DNA of 64,000 nt, from the NCBI RefSeq assembly GCF_037042905.1, contig NC_087252.1:25608001-25672000 (forward strand), read 5' to 3'. Below are positions 37,119 through 51,711 of this stretch, in pieces. Source of the stretch: Lytechinus pictus. Lineage: Eukaryota. Within the stretch, counting starts at the first letter, position 1; every line of letters starts with the position of its first letter. Position numbers and translations under genes: made by a program. The notes under the pieces are model-generated. The model saw only the letters and a program-made list of their open reading frames with translations. It was not told the DNA's origin and made no database searches.

Positions 37119-37938
37119 CTGAAAAAGAATTAGAGCAGATAAACATGAAAAATAAAATAGTAATTCAAGATTCCCTGAACAATAGGTAAGGTTTGCAAAC
37201 ATTCAGCACCCCCCTCCCTTCCTGGTCTTCATAGGTACCGTATGGAAATAGCCCAGTCTATTTAGGATTAAGTTTGTTTTTCTTTTCCTATTTTTTTTAC
37301 ATTAATATATGCATTGCATACATCAAGTCACATTTTTCAAATAATCTGCTGCTTTAATTGCCGTACTCCTTTCATTCATTTTGACTCCATCCATTTTTTT
37401 TATATCTTTGATGAAAATTGTCACTGCTTGTGCAAGTAGGAACGAAAATTTCCATGTTGGTTTCATCACTAGTGCTTCAACCAATATCACCTCCATATTT
37501 AGAAACTAGTCATAATTTGTCAGTTATAAAAAAGGATAATATTTTTCAACAAGCACTACATCAGTTTATTGTTCAATCGAAACAAAAGCTTACCTCTCTG
37601 AGCCTGTTGACACGATCAAGATGCATTAAATGAGCACGGTGATTTTCTGCCATTTTGTTCTGCATAGAAAATGAAATTGACATAGGGTTAAGTTTCAATG
37701 GCAAGAAAATAGTCATAAGAAAGATGAGCATGAGACTAGAATTAGATTCAGTCATTGAGATTACAGTTTGACAAAATTCTCTCAAATATGTATTCTGAAA
37801 ATTTTCCCATCTCTGTAAGGACATCCCCTATTTTATCTCTGAAAAAGCCCAAAAAAAATTCTTTGTTGAAATAAGAATACATGACTGCTCTCCCAAATTT
37901 GAGAGTGAGACTTGAGTGCACCGTAGAGTACAGTACTA

Positions 37939-39703
37939 CAGTGCGTCCCAAAAAAAACTATACACTTTTGAAATTGCTGCCAAATAAAAAATATATCACT
38001 TTGGGGGAAGAGACTTATATATATGGAAAGCCAATAAAGTCAACTTTCAAATGACACCAAAAACTTGGAAAACTATTCATGCTTGAGCGAGCACCGCCCA
38101 CTGAAACAAAGGGTATGAAAATTGGGGTGGGCTGGAATTAGCCTCCCAATTTCTTTCAGGCTTTTTGTTTGGTACTTGCAAAGTTGAGGGTTATTTGGTG
38201 AATTAATGATCAGTTATGATCAGTTTGTTGTTTGTGAAAATTACATGCGTTATCAAATTGAAATTTAATGCATGAGTGATCATGAATTGCAATTTTTAGT
38301 GCAGCATTTTGACTTTATCATGTGGATCTCAGCAATGTGTTCATGAGAGTCAGATGAGGGGATAATATGACTTAGGTAGGTGAAGTACGTTGATGGGATA
38401 AAGGTCAACAGAACATTTAGCAACCCCTCCCTCCATCTCTACCCCCCCCCTCCACTTCTCTCCTGAGAGACTAAGCTCGACTAGGCTGGGCAGGAATTAG
38501 CCTTACAGTTTTTTTTTGTGGTTAGTCCTTTGGAACTTGCAAAGCTAAGGGTGTTAAGCTAAATTAATGAATGAGATAACTTTGGTTTCTTAGGCAAATT
38601 TTATGAGTTACTAAATCAAAATTTAATGCATGAGTAAACAGGAATTGTAATTTTAGTGTAGCATTTTCATCTTGTTGACCTCAAAAGTGTGTTTGTGAGA
38701 GTCAGAGTAACGTGATGGTACCTGTTACAAGCAAAAGGGCGAGATATGCTAAGACTTGGTTAAAAGGGCATTCCTCTTCTTTTTGTCCTTTTACAAATTT
38801 AAAGTCATATGTACCGTCCACCTCCATTTCCCAGTCCCCCTCTCTCTTTGTCTCACTTCCTGGATTGTAGCCTATTCAAAGCTTAACTGCCAAGTGACCA
38901 GTGGCTGAGTTTTTTTCATTGAATGATTACCAAGAAATTTACTGATTATGATGATTAATGAAATAATTTATTGAAAAAAACCCTGAATGTTTGATTGATC
39001 GCATTACACATTGAATGAGTTGGTTTACTGATAAATTTTTGATTAAATGATTGATAGGAAAAAGTTGATGCCCCAATGCAGAATTTATCATTAAATCAAC
39101 ATTCTGCTCTGGACTTCACGCGTACATGACAATAGCCATCAATCTCTCAACAGGAGGGGAGGGCAGTAAAGAGGAAGGGGGCGGGAGCTGAATGTTCTGT
39201 TGACCCTTATTCCTTCAACCTACTTCTCTCACTTAAGTCCTATCTCACCCATGAACACATTGCTGTGATCCACATGATTAAGTTGAAATGCTGCCCCAAA
39301 AGAGATCCAAATGATAAAGTTAAAATGCTGCCCAAAAAGTGTAATTTGTGTTCACTCATGCATTAAAGTTCAATTTAATAATTTATGAAATTTGCTTAAA
39401 CAACCAAAACTGGTCACGGTTGATCATTAATTTATCACAACGCCCTTAACTTTGCAAGTTGCAAAGGATTTGCCTCTCAAAAACTGACATAAATTGGAAG
39501 GCTAATTCCAGCCCACCCTAATTTTTATACCCTTTGTTTCAGTGGGCAGTGCTCGCTCAAGCATGAATAGTTTTCTAACTTTTTGGTGTCATTTGAGAGT
39601 TGACTTAATTGACTTCCATACATGTAAGTGTTTTTCCCCAAAGTGCTATATTTTTCATTTGGCAGCCATTTCAAAAGTGTATAGTTTTTTGTGGGACGCA
39701 CTG
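37939..39703. mobile_element. Tc1/mariner-like non-autonomous element with long TIRs
   Basis: TA|CAGTGCGTCCCA...TGGGACGCACTG|TA; arms inverted over several hundred bp. Confidence 0.88.
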
Positions 39704-40165
39704 TAGTTTAGTTTAGTTTAGTTTACTCCAACGATGTTGTAGGACTAAGCCTGTTCATCGATCAAAGTAGAAATGTCTATTGCTGCTCTCCTTCATACAA
39801 AATTAGATGTGCTACTTATGTTGGCATGGAGGGGTGGCAGGGGTATCGTAGACAGTGAAAATTCCATGGAAACAGACAAGAAACAAAAATTACTCAAAGT
39901 CATAGGCAATCCTCTCCCAATGCTTATCCAGTCTATTCTTAAAAGCAATCACTGAACAAGCAGTAACTACATCTTCTGGGAGACTGTTCCACACATCTAT
40001 CACTCGGTTAGCAAAGAAAAACTTACGCACATCAAGGCGCGAACATCTTTTCTCTAGCTTTAAGGAATGACCACGTGTTTTACCACCACGTCTCTGATAG
40101 AATAGCTCAGAACTTGAATCATAGTACCATGCAGATATTTGTACACGTCAATCATGTCACCTCTA
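39704..40165 (-). pseudogene. CR1 LINE 3' end
   Basis: RGDMIDVYKYLHG..TRGHSLKLEKRCSRLDVRKFFFANRVIDVWNSLPEDVVTACSVIAFKNRLDKHW; (TAAAC)n tail. Confidence 0.9.
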
Positions 40166-43100
40166 GTACTAGTACAACTCGACTAATTTTTACTCTCCAG
40201 GAGCCTTCAGGCGTGCAGGCTAGAGTAGGATAGACCATGTAGATCTAAGAAAATCCAGCGACAGGGTCAGGGGAATCAGAAATTTCGGAAGAACCGAGTG
40301 AAAAGGGGAACAAGGGTCTAATCGTCTAACGTCAACGAGAACGTCTAGCCGTGTCACAGAGCTCGCGAAAGACAAACACAGAAATGCATTTATGGGGCTA
40401 CACAAAACCATTTCCGCGAGAAATGTTTTCACTAACTCGACTCTCATGACCGTATGCATTTATGACATAAATTCGGACATTACTTCACAAATCAATTCAT
40501 AAAAAGTTACAAAAAATATTGCTCATCACAAAAATATGTAAAATTACTCACAATTTTCTCGGAGCTCGGTCCAGCATGTATTTTTTCCACCACTTTCACG
40601 TCCAGTCTTCCACTTTAAATTTTGCTGCAAAATTATCGCCCAGCGGTTGTTGTCTGCACAAAAATGTACCCAAATGCTGCGTTGTGATTGGCCAATTACG
40701 CCAAATTTCCACGGATTCGGTGGAGTCCACTGTTCAGACCACCCCAAACAGTTGACTCGAAATCGTGACGTAATAGGCTTGGTCGAATCCGTGGATTCGG
40801 TAGAGTCCACCTTTGTGAATCACAAAAGCGAATCCATGGACTCTTGATCTTGCAAAATCCATGGATTCATCAGTGGATTTTGCAGAATCCACCTTTGTGA
40901 ATTCGGGCCATTAAGAGTGAAGGGGGAAAGCGAGGATACATAACAACCTTCTCCGGAACTGACAAACTCCCCTGGAAGCCAGTACTCTGCTACAGAGGTA
41001 ATTTTTTTCAGAGGACAATGACCTCAGAATATTGAGAGTATTGGTACCTAGCATAATTGGTTCAAAAAAACAAGGCTATCGTATAGAAATGATAGGCCTT
41101 CAGTTTTTTTTTTTTTTTTTTAAATCATTTGGGTAAAGATCGCAGATCTCAGCATCTGAATGCTGAGAAAAGTGAAAGGACAACTACCTCAAAATATAAA
41201 TTTTTCATATTACCCAGTGATGCCGAGTACCACTAGTTTTACATTTTAAGGATAATTATCTTTAGAGGTCCTCAAATGACAGCCATTTTGAATTTATGGG
41301 CATGTTTGGATTTTACTGGACTTAAAGTATATCATCTTGAAAACTTCATGAAAATGCATTGTGATGAAATAAATTGTATTGCAATATTTTTCATTGTCAA
41401 TATTTTAAAACCTATAGCTCATTGACCTTTAATTTTTCTAGACAGTTTCAGAGGTCAGAACTTGCAATTCACAAATTTTCTTAAGAATATCAGCATCGAT
41501 ACCTTGAAAGTCAATAAAACATATTTTATTTTGCATTTAAACCATTTTAATGAACTAATGATGCAAAACATCAATTGTCTGATATTTCAAGGTCATCGAC
41601 CTATGGTCAGACCAATGTTTGTACTACTACAAAAGTAATCATTAAAAATTCTAACGATGGCCTCCATTTTTGATTTATGCAAATTAGATGTCTGTCCACT
41701 ACATGGATTTTTCTGGACTCTTAGTATGTCATTTTGCGGACTTCATGGAAATGCATTTTGCTGAAATAAATTGTATTGCAATTTTTACACGAGAAGACTG
41801 TTTATCATAAACTGCTGAAGTTAAGTATCAATATTCTAATATGTTAAGGTTATTGAACTTTGCCAGGGTAAAAGGTCAAAATTTATAATACAAAAAAAAT
41901 CTTTTTAGAATAACAGGATACCTCAAAAGTCAATTTTAATAATGTTGTTTGCTTTATAACTATCATAATGTTTATCATGAACTAAAAATGCAAAAACATA
42001 ATTAATTTTCCGATATTTTGAGGTCTGTGACCTTAAGATCTTGACCTCTAGAGGTCAGAAGAGTTCAAATCTCATTTGAAATGAAGCCTATGGTAAGATA
42101 TAACACTAGTGAAATTAAATGATTTTATCATAATTGTTAAAAGTGCTATGATCAGACCAGTGTTTGTACTACTATTAGTAATCATAAAAAATTATCATGA
42201 TGGCCGCCATTTTGAATTTATGCAAATAATACGTCGTTCCACTACATGGATTTTTCTGGACTCATTTTGGGGACTTATGGAAATGCATTGCGTTGAAAAA
42301 AAAACATTGTTGCGATTTGTTTGCAGTTGACCCCCCAATCCCCCCCCCCCCCCCCAAATCAGTTACTTTTCCTCGACCATAAAGCCAACACGATTTTTAA
42401 AAATTCGAATGAAATATGGTTGCGTTTCTTTTGATACACACTGTACAACATGATATAGCCAGGGGGCGTGACTTCGACAGCCCCCTGTTACACCCACAAA
42501 TGTAATAATCGCCCACAAATGTAATAACACTTTACCCACAAATGTAATAACGCCTACAAATGTAATAACACTTTACCCACAAATGTAATGATTTCACCCA
42601 CAAATGTAATAATGCACTTTACCCACAAATGTAATAATTTTTGATCGCCCACAAATGTGATAATGACTTTACCCACAAATGTAATAAATTCGAAGGGATT
42701 TTTTGCGAATCCGTTCTAAACTAAAATCCTATAGTAATGCGTTCATGTAGCACAAAAGTGCAAAGTCTTTTTTCCAGACCCGGTTAATAAAACATTATAG
42801 TACAAGTTCAAAGTCTTTTTCCAGACCCGGTTGTTTCAAAGCTATAATATACGTCCGAAGTCTTTTTTCCAGACCCGGTTGATAAAACATTATAGTACAA
42901 GCCCAAAGTCTTTTTCCAGACCCAGTTGTTTCCAAATTATAATATACGTCCAAAGTCTTTTTTCCAGACCCGGTTAATTCAAAAATTGTAATGCATGTCC
43001 AAAGTCTTTTTTCAGACCCGGTTGTTTCAAAAATTGTAATATAAGTCCAAAGTCTTTTTTTCCAGACCTGGTTGTTTCAAAAATTATAATATACGTCCAA

Positions 43101-46100
43101 AGTCTTTTTTCCAGACCCGGTTGATAAAACATTATAGTACAAGCCCAAAGTCTTTTTCCAGACCCGGTTGTTTCCAAATTATAATATACGTCCAAAGTCT
43201 TTTTTCCAGACCCGGTTAATTCAAAAATTGTAATGCATGTCCAAAGTCTTTTTTCAGACCCGGTTGTTTCAAAAATTGTAATATAAGTCCAAATTCTCTT
43301 TTCCAGACCCGGTTGTTTAAAAAATTATAATATACGTCTAAAGTCTTTTTTCCAGACCTGGTTGATAAAACATTATAATATATTAAAGCCCAAAGTCTTT
43401 TTCCAGACCCGGTTGTTTCGAAATTATAATATATGTCCAAAGTCTTTTTTCCAGACCCTGTTAATTCAAAAATTATAATACAAGTCCAAAGTCTCTTTTC
43501 CAGACCCGGTTAATTCAAAAATTATAATATACGTCCAAAGTTTTTTTTCCAGACCCTGTTAATTCAAAAATTATAATACAAGTCCAAAGTCTTTTTTCCA
43601 GACCCGGTTGTTTAAAAAATTATTATATAAGTCCAAACTAAGATACAATAATGATATTCTATAGCGGAATAGAAATGAGAATCGAGCTTAGTCTTTTCTT
43701 CAGACCCAGTTAATTAAAACTGGTTGAAAAGTAACAAAGACCCCAACTCTCTTATTAATGTTAAATAACATGGAAATATAGCGTAGTCTTTCATCCAGAC
43801 CCAGATCTTTCAAATAACAAATGAATAACAATAATAATAAATTAGTAATAATAAAAAAAGCAAACAAATGCCCACGATCCTATTAATGTTGAATAACATG
43901 GAAATATAGCGTAGTCTTTCCTCAAGACCCAGATTTTTCAAATAACAAATGAATAATAATAACAATAATAAATTAGTAATAAAAAAAGAAGCAAACAAAG
44001 ACCCACGATCCTATTTATGTTGAATAACATGGAAATATAGCGCAGTCTTTCCTCCAGACCCAGATCTTTCAAATAAGAAATGATGAATAATAATAATGAA
44101 TTAGTAAATATAAAAAAAAAGAAACAAAGACCCACGATCCTCTTTATGTTGAAAAAACATGGAAATATAGTGTAGTCTTTCCTCCAGAAACAGTTATAAA
44201 AGTCATTTAAAACACAACAACAACAAAACAAAGACCCTGCAATCTTATCAACATTGAATAACATGGAAATATGGTGTATTCTTTCCTCCAGACCCAATTA
44301 TTTCAAAATAACCAAAGTCATTAAAAAAAATAACAGAATCTAAGGCCCAACTATCCTTCAGACAAAGAACCTTCAATAAATAAAAGTTTAGATAGTTTTC
44401 TTTATTCAAGACCTTGTCATTTTCAAAAATAAGATAAATAAAATCCTCATAACTAAGACTCAATCATATTATTGTGCCTGTTCAACATGAATAAGATGAT
44501 TGGGGGAGTATTTCATCAACATTTATGTCCGACAAGTTGTCAGATCTGACAACTGTCCTTGATGTTCATTGGCTAAGAAGCAGTGCTAGTAAACTGGTCT
44601 GGTCAAATTAAGTATGCGTTATCACAAGGGTTTTATAGTTTGGAAGATGCTGGGGTCTAAGTTTTAAGATTAATGTTTCGCTTAATTTGTATTTTTAAGA
44701 GAACTGCGTGAGGGGTAAAGACAACACTCTAGGCCCAAGCATTTTAAGTGGGTTTAATTTTGAAGATTGGTCTTAGCTGTGATTTTTTTTTCAATATTTG
44801 TTTATCTTTTAAATAACCGGGTCTAGACGAAAGACTAAGCATAATACTCGTGTTATTCCACAAGAATAAGAATGTGACAAAGTTTTTTGTTTTTAAGATT
44901 GTTTTAGTTTGGACTTATATTACAATTTTTGATATAACCGGGTCTGGAAAAAGACTTTGGACTTATATTAAAAATGTTTGAAACCGGGTCTGAAAAAAAG
45001 ACTTTGGACACATCTTATAATTATTTAACAACCGGATCTGGAAAAAAGACTTTGCACTTTTGTGCTATATGAACGCATTGCTATAGGGTTTAGTTTTTAG
45101 TTTTAAGTAACCGGGTCTGGAGAAAAGACGCTTGATTCACAATTTACTTTTAGCGCATATACTCACAATATACGCCGTATAAGTTGAAACAACAACAACG
45201 ACATTAATTTCACCAGTTTTAATTAACTGGGTCTGGAGAAAAGACTAAGCTCGATTGTCATTTTTTTCCCACTGGAATATCATTATTGTATCTTAGTTTG
45301 GACATATATTATAGTTTTTTTTAATAACTGGGTCTGGAAAAAAGACTTTGGATTTATATTAAAATTTTTGAAACAACCGGGTCTGGAAAAAGGACTTTGG
45401 ATTTAATATTATAATTTTTGAAACAACTGGGTCTGGAAAAAAAGACTTTGGACTTATATTATTATTTTTGAAGCAACCGGGTCTGAACAAAAGATTTTGG
45501 ACATGCATTACAATTTTTGAATTAACCGGGTCTGGAAAAAAGACTTTGGACGTATATTATAATTTGGAAACAACTGGGTCTGGAAAAAGACTTTGGGTTT
45601 TAACTATAGGATTTAAGTTTAGAACGGATTCGCAAAAAATCCCTTCAAATTTATTACATTTGTGGGTAAAGTCATTATTACATTTGTGGGCGATCAAAAA
45701 TTATTACATTTGTGGGTAAAGTGCAAATGTAATAATGCACTAAATGTAATATTTTTTGATCGCCCACAAATGTAATAAATTTGAAGGGATTTTGGTGAAT
45801 CCGTTCTAAACTAAAATCCTATACTAATGCGTTCATATAGCACGAAAGTGCAAAGTCTTTTTTCCCGACCCAGTTAATTCAAAAATTATAATATAAGTCC
45901 AAAGTCTTTTTTCCAGACCCAGATGTTTCAAAAATTATAGTATAAGTCCAGTCTTTTTTTCCAGACCCGATTATTTCAAAAATTACTATATAAGTCCAAA
46001 CTAAGATACGATAATGCCATTCCAATGGAATAAAAATGAGAATCGAGCTTAGTCTATTCTTCAGACCCAGTTAATAAAAACCTCTTGTTGTTTTAACTCA

Positions 46101-48947
46101 TACGGCACGTATTGTGAAGATATGCGCTAAGAGTAAATTGAGAGTCAGGGCCTTTGTTTTGATGTAGTTGTTGTGTTTTTAATGATTTTTTTATAGATGG
46201 ATTGGAGGAAAGACTATGCTATATTATTATTATTTATAATTTATTTGAAAAATCTGGGTCTAGATGAAAGACTATGCTATATTTTCATGTTATTTAACAT
46301 TAATAAGATAGTGGGCGTCTTTGTTACTTGTTGACTCTTTAAAAATGATTTGTAATTTTGAAATAAGTGGGTCTGGAGGGAAGACTACGCTATATTTACA
46401 TGTTATTCAACATCAATAAGATTGTGGGGCCTTTGTATTGTGGCGGCCCTCCGTCTTAGAACGGGTCCTGGATGCTGGGGGCCGGCTTGTCCATTGCCTC
46501 TATCACCTTCATCTGTTGATGAATTACTAGCCATCCTTAAAGGCGGTTCTCCACTAGGGCGCAGACAAGACCAAGAAGGGTTGCGGATGCAACTTTTGTC
46601 ATTTCGGCATGCTGTCCGCAACCAAATTCCTTAAAAGATTATGCAAATGATCTTGTCCTAGGACACGACCAGGACTGTCCGCGTGCTGTCCTAGGACATT
46701 CATGGGACTGTCCTAGGACGGGATTATCTAAATAAATTCGTCGGCGTCACGAGTGGTAAATTCAAGGACTAGGACAATTAGGATAATTTTCGGACAACCT
46801 GCGAATACTCCAAGAAAAATTATCGTTCATATTTTTTTTCAATGAATTTAGGGGTACTATTTGGGGTTGGGGTCTGTTTTTTTTTTAAGAAACCTTGAAT
46901 TTGCTTTTAAGTCCGAGTCAGGAGCAGGCGAGAATAAAGAAATTCGTCATGAAAGTATGCTATTTTCAAAAAAAAATTCGACTACAAAGACAATATAGGA
47001 TTTTCTTTTATTTCAAATCAAATTCCATCCATTGGGGAAATCCCAGGGGGACGCGTTCCCTCACTTTTTGGAAAGGGGGAGGGTGCACAATATCAAATGC
47101 ACCCCCCCCCCCACATACACACACACACTTTTTGGAACGAGTGCGCTACCATTGTTTGATTTGTCAAGTAACTATTCTCTTCGTGTATTCCATAAATTTT
47201 TGAAAATTATCCCTTTCCAGGCTGGTCCGATTGTGAATAGTATCAGCTCGCGCTCCGCCCTTGCATTTTGATTGGGGAGTTATGTATACCTATATCAATT
47301 GTAACAAATTATTTTAAATTCCTCTTTCATGACAGTTTATCATTTCTTTTCAGAATGGAATATCGACAAGTTTCATCTCGCGCTTAGGATAGTCATCATA
47401 GTCATATAAATACAAAAATATCCTTAAAATGTCCCGGTCGCAAGTCAAAATATATGTAATGATAAAAATATCAGCTTGTGCTTCGCACTCCCATAATTTA
47501 TTAAGCGCGATCCATATCCAATTCGTAATTGCGCTTAAATTCACTTTTTTTAGATCGAAAAATCAAATACTTTTAGCTTGCGCTCTCATTATTGATATCA
47601 TGGTAAAAAAAATTGTAATTTGAATGTCCACATTCTATGTCTAAATCTAAACACACGCATGCATGTTTATTAAGATACGAATCTTGTTTCAGAAGATCAG
47701 ACTTTAAAATTTTAATGTAGGAAGATTTTCTATTTATCCCATTATCCATCCTTTTCCTGATTTTCAAAACATTTAATGTTCGTTTTTAGGTGTCAATCTC
47801 AATTTCATTTCGGCTCTCGCTTCGCGCTCACATCAAGTGTATAGTCATACCCTATGATTTCAAAAAGCTCTTAGAATGTTCAGTATTTAGGGCGGAATGT
47901 AAAAAATGTTCAGCTAGCGCTTCGCGCTCGCATTATTTGATTGTTGAAATATGTAGGCTAAAGGAAAGTGTGTTTGTCGGTGTATTATGTTGTATTCACT
48001 ATTCAAAAGGAAATTTTGTGTATCTTTATACATGACAATAATTTATCTCGAATCTTGATTTTTTTTTTCAACTAAATATAACTTTTAAAAGACTGCATAT
48101 ATTCATGGAAATATCGGGGCTCTCTTTATAACATTACTTTCTAACAATTTTTCCACAAATTAATACATATATTACAAAAGAGGAAGAAAATCGGAAGCTA
48201 GGATGCAACAGGACCTTGCGTTTGACAGGCGCATGCGGATCGAGGGGCGAGGTGGTCTTGTTTCCCCTATAAAAATGTGTAAACAGAAGAAATATAAGAT
48301 ATGGTGGAAAAGAAAAATAAAGAGGGGGATGCCGTGCTGATGCGACTCTCCTCCCAAAGATATACAAACAGCACAAAAGGACGTAGGAATAAACAAAGGA
48401 GATGAATGAAATGAGGTGAAGGAGAATCAAAGAGGAAAAAACAATTCGCCATAATTAACAGAAAATAATTGGCCGAGATTATGAATGGGTAAGATTAAAA
48501 ATATCAGTTTTAATTTTTGGACGAAATTATGCTCCAGTGTCTAATCGCCTGTGTCTCCTCTTGTACCAATTAAAATAGACCAGGAAATAAAATGTAAATG
48601 GGCAATTCCAGGAGGCGGATGCGTTCGCTACGCCATATTGGCTGCGCAAAAAAGGGGGAAATAACGAAAGAAGAGGGGAAAAGAGGAATAAGAGTGAAGA
48701 TATTGACAAAAGGGCAGAATTTCAGCGAGGTCATTTCGTAAAATGGAAAATACCCCTTTTTCACTAGGGCCAGGACAGCGTCAGGACAACGCGCGGAATG
48801 TAATAATTGCAATCCGCGACCCTTCCGCAACCTGTCCGGACATTCCTGGTGTTTAGGAAATCAAAATTTGTCCGCATCCAAATTTTGGTCGAGACCAAAA
48901 TTTGGACGCGGATATTGAATTCCTGACACCTTCGGGACCCTGTCCTG

Positions 48948-50853
48948 GGGCCCATTTCATAAAGAGTTGCTATCATAGCAAGTTGCTATCATAGCAACTC
49001 TGGTAGAATAGCAGCTTTTACTTGCTATGCTAGCAACTTGCTATGCTAGCAACTTTGCATTTCATAAAAGCACATTCGCTGGAAAGTCAGCTTGACTTTC
49101 CAGCTATTTATTTGAATAGTCATGTACGAGGCTGATTAGGGGGAAATCCCCTTTCTCTCCAGTTTTTTGTTTTCAATTCAAGTCATAAGTTTTGGTAGAA
49201 AGCACTGGCGGATCCAGGGGGGGGGGCACAGCCGGCCCGTGCCCCCCCCCCCCCCACCTTTGAGAAGCAAAATTAGAAGAAGAAAAATTGAAAGAGAATA
49301 TTATTATTTTTTTGCTTATTATTTTTTTCGGGAGCGAAATTATTATTTAGCAGCTGCAAACAGGGTCTGCAGCATAAGACTAGCAGTTGAAGCAGAGTGA
49401 TGGCTCTATGGCGATAGTTTGCAATTCTCCATTCTGTAAGTTTTCAGAGAATTGATTTCATTTAGCCCTATGCCAGGGAAAAAATTATTTTAAAAAGGGG
49501 GAAAATTTATCATTATTGCCGGTCGAAATTTCACCTTCAACAAATTTTCTACCGTACAAGTTTAATCCCAGTCCCACACTTGACTATTTGTGTCGGTAAT
49601 GCAAGGTTGTATCAACAACAAGGCAGGCGGCGGCCGGGCCCAATGCTGGTGCAGTGCTGTATGATCACCCTGAAGCAAGTAAATTTGTAGGCTCTAATTA
49701 TGCATGAAACATCGAAAATGACCTTAAAAGATTATTTTTGTTCAAAATGGAAATGATTTTTAAGTTATCGGTTTCAACGGTGAATAACCATTCAGTAAAT
49801 GGATTCAACAATGCCATGGCCACAACTTTTTTTTTTGGAGAAAGTCAGAAACAGAAAAAAAAAGCAATCATTTTTTTATCGCATACATTCGTAATTCCGA
49901 AGCTTCATTATTCCGAAGGTTCGTTAGTCCGAGAACGAAGTGAGGTTCGTAATTCCGAAGGTTCGTTAATCCGAAAACGAAATGGGGTTAGGGTTAGTTT
50001 TCGTTCGTTTTCGGACTAACGAACCTTATTTCGTTTTCGGATTAACGAACCTTCGGAACAACGAACCTTATTTCGTTTTCGGATTAACGAACCTTCGGAA
50101 CATCAAACCTTATTTCGTTTTCGGATTGTCGAACCTTCGGAATAACGCCACAAATGTTCGGATTAACTAACTCTTTTACGTTTTCAGATTAACGAACATC
50201 GAGGTATAGGCAATTTACGTGTTTCGGAATTACGAAGTGTAACCTTTTTTATGGCCTAGGGCTTTTTTAATTTAGGCCTTGCATTAAACACTTCCACATA
50301 ATAGATCTACCTTCCTCTATTTTTTCCCACAAGAAAAAAAATCCTCTCAATTTTTTTTTTTTAAAGTCTGTCTATAACTTGCCTCCCTTTGCCTGCCCTG
50401 GGAAAGACTGAAAAATTTGCTGTTTCGGAGGAATTTTTAGAATTTTTTTTTTGGGGGGGTAGGTAGAACAAAAAAAAAGAAACAGCATTTCTACTAGAAA
50501 GCATTACATTAATATTTTCTTTATTAGCATTATCACAGACATTGCTCTAAATATCTGTTCTCTTGTAAGAGCCCTTTGGGCATGCCTGAGCACAACGTAC
50601 ACCATTCTTAACAATGAAAAACCCTTTACAGTGTCAACTTGACGCTCCCCCATGACCAGCGTCAAATATTTAACCCTATTTGACGCTCCAGTAACCATAC
50701 TTGTCGCTCCAGTAAAAAGTTGACGCTCCTACTGGAGCGTCAACTTTTTATGAAATGCGCTGCAGCGTCAAATATTTAATTTGACGCTGCAGGTGAAAAT
50801 TTGACGCTGTTTTGGGACTTGACGCTGACGCTGTACCTTTATGAAATAGGCCC
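48948..50853. mobile_element. Harbinger-group non-autonomous element (CWG-type flanks)
   Basis: CTG|GGGCCCATTTCATAAAG...CTTTATGAAATAGGCCC|CAG; subterminal TTGCTATSATAGCAA (left) and TTGACGCT (right) motifs. Confidence 0.6.
49885..50245. repeat. Small element with tandem AACGAACCTT..TTCGGA units
   Basis: Repeated TTCGTTTTCGGATTAACGAACCTT; inverted TTCGTAATTCCGAA ends; related degenerate copy at ~14220-14510. Confidence 0.65.
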
Positions 50854-51711
50854 CAGATGATGTCCTGATGATGTCCCCCCTTCCTAAACCCTTCCGCGTC
50901 TTCCGGAAACCATCCGCAATCAGGTCAACCTCAAGAAGAAAAGAAGAAGCCATGCGGAACGTTTCAGGAACGTGCGGATTGGAATAAGAAGGCAAGCGGA
51001 CAGTGTCAGGAACGTGCGGACAGGAATGAGAAGGCAAGCGGACTGTTTAAAGAACGTTCGGACTGGAATAGGAAGGCAAGCGGAGTGATTCAGGAATGTG
51101 TTGATCCAATGCTAATATGTATGGAACGAGTACACAAGTAGCAAAAGCCATTTGTGGTCAGTGCACTAGATGGGGCAACGGGATAATACAAGACAAGAAA
51201 ATTACAAAAAGCAACAAAGTACGGGGTCAATGGGCATAATTAGTATATCACTTAACAAACCTGCGAACTTAATATTTTAAGCAGTGTTTTAAACATATTA
51301 CGCGAGCGCGAAGCACGAGTTGATTTTTTATTTTTTATTTTTTTTAATTTTTTTTTTTTGGGGGGGTTACAGACTTGAAGGAGAAATATTTCAATCATTT
51401 TCTACTGATCCGAAAAGTGGACTTTCCAAATATTTCTTGCAATAGTTAAGCTGGCAATGATGCGAGCAGATTATTTTGTTCTGTACTGAACATAAAAAGA
51501 TGTTTAATGCAACGTTTAATTATGAACTAGATTATTTTAATGTACTCGACTGAAAAAAAGGACCGTATAGGCAGCGCTTGACTTTACGAATAGGACATAT
51601 ATCATAACAAAACTAATAACACAGGTATAGATTTCAAATTGAAATTCAATTTTATATTCCTATTGCATTTTAAGCACTTTGTTTGATCATGAATGAGATG
51701 TCATTAATAAG

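Larger units (their letters stand above)
34162..40909. mobile_element. Internally deleted PIF/Harbinger-group (PHIS) transposon, 3-bp ATT TSD
   Basis: ATT|GGCCCGAATTCACAAAGGTGGA...TCCACCTTTGTGAATTCGGGCC|ATT; subterminal ATCCA[C/T]GGA motifs; transposase remnant inside. Confidence 0.9.
30491..42379. mobile_element. Large foldback DNA element with internally repeated arms (possibly Academ-like), host to nested LINE and Harbinger-group element
   Basis: TAA|TAGTCCAGGAAAA...TTTTCCTCGACCA|TAA; arm sequence at 30500-30880 and 32630-33400 is inverted at ~41200-42330. Confidence 0.55.

Noticed and set aside
42491..43620. CRISPR-like regularly spaced repeats
   Set aside because: The inter-repeat segments are themselves homologous and the array is mirrored elsewhere, as expected for transposon arms.
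49550..49680. Possible Harbinger transposase exon inside 48948-50853
   Set aside because: Only a vague resemblance; no diagnostic motif in any frame.
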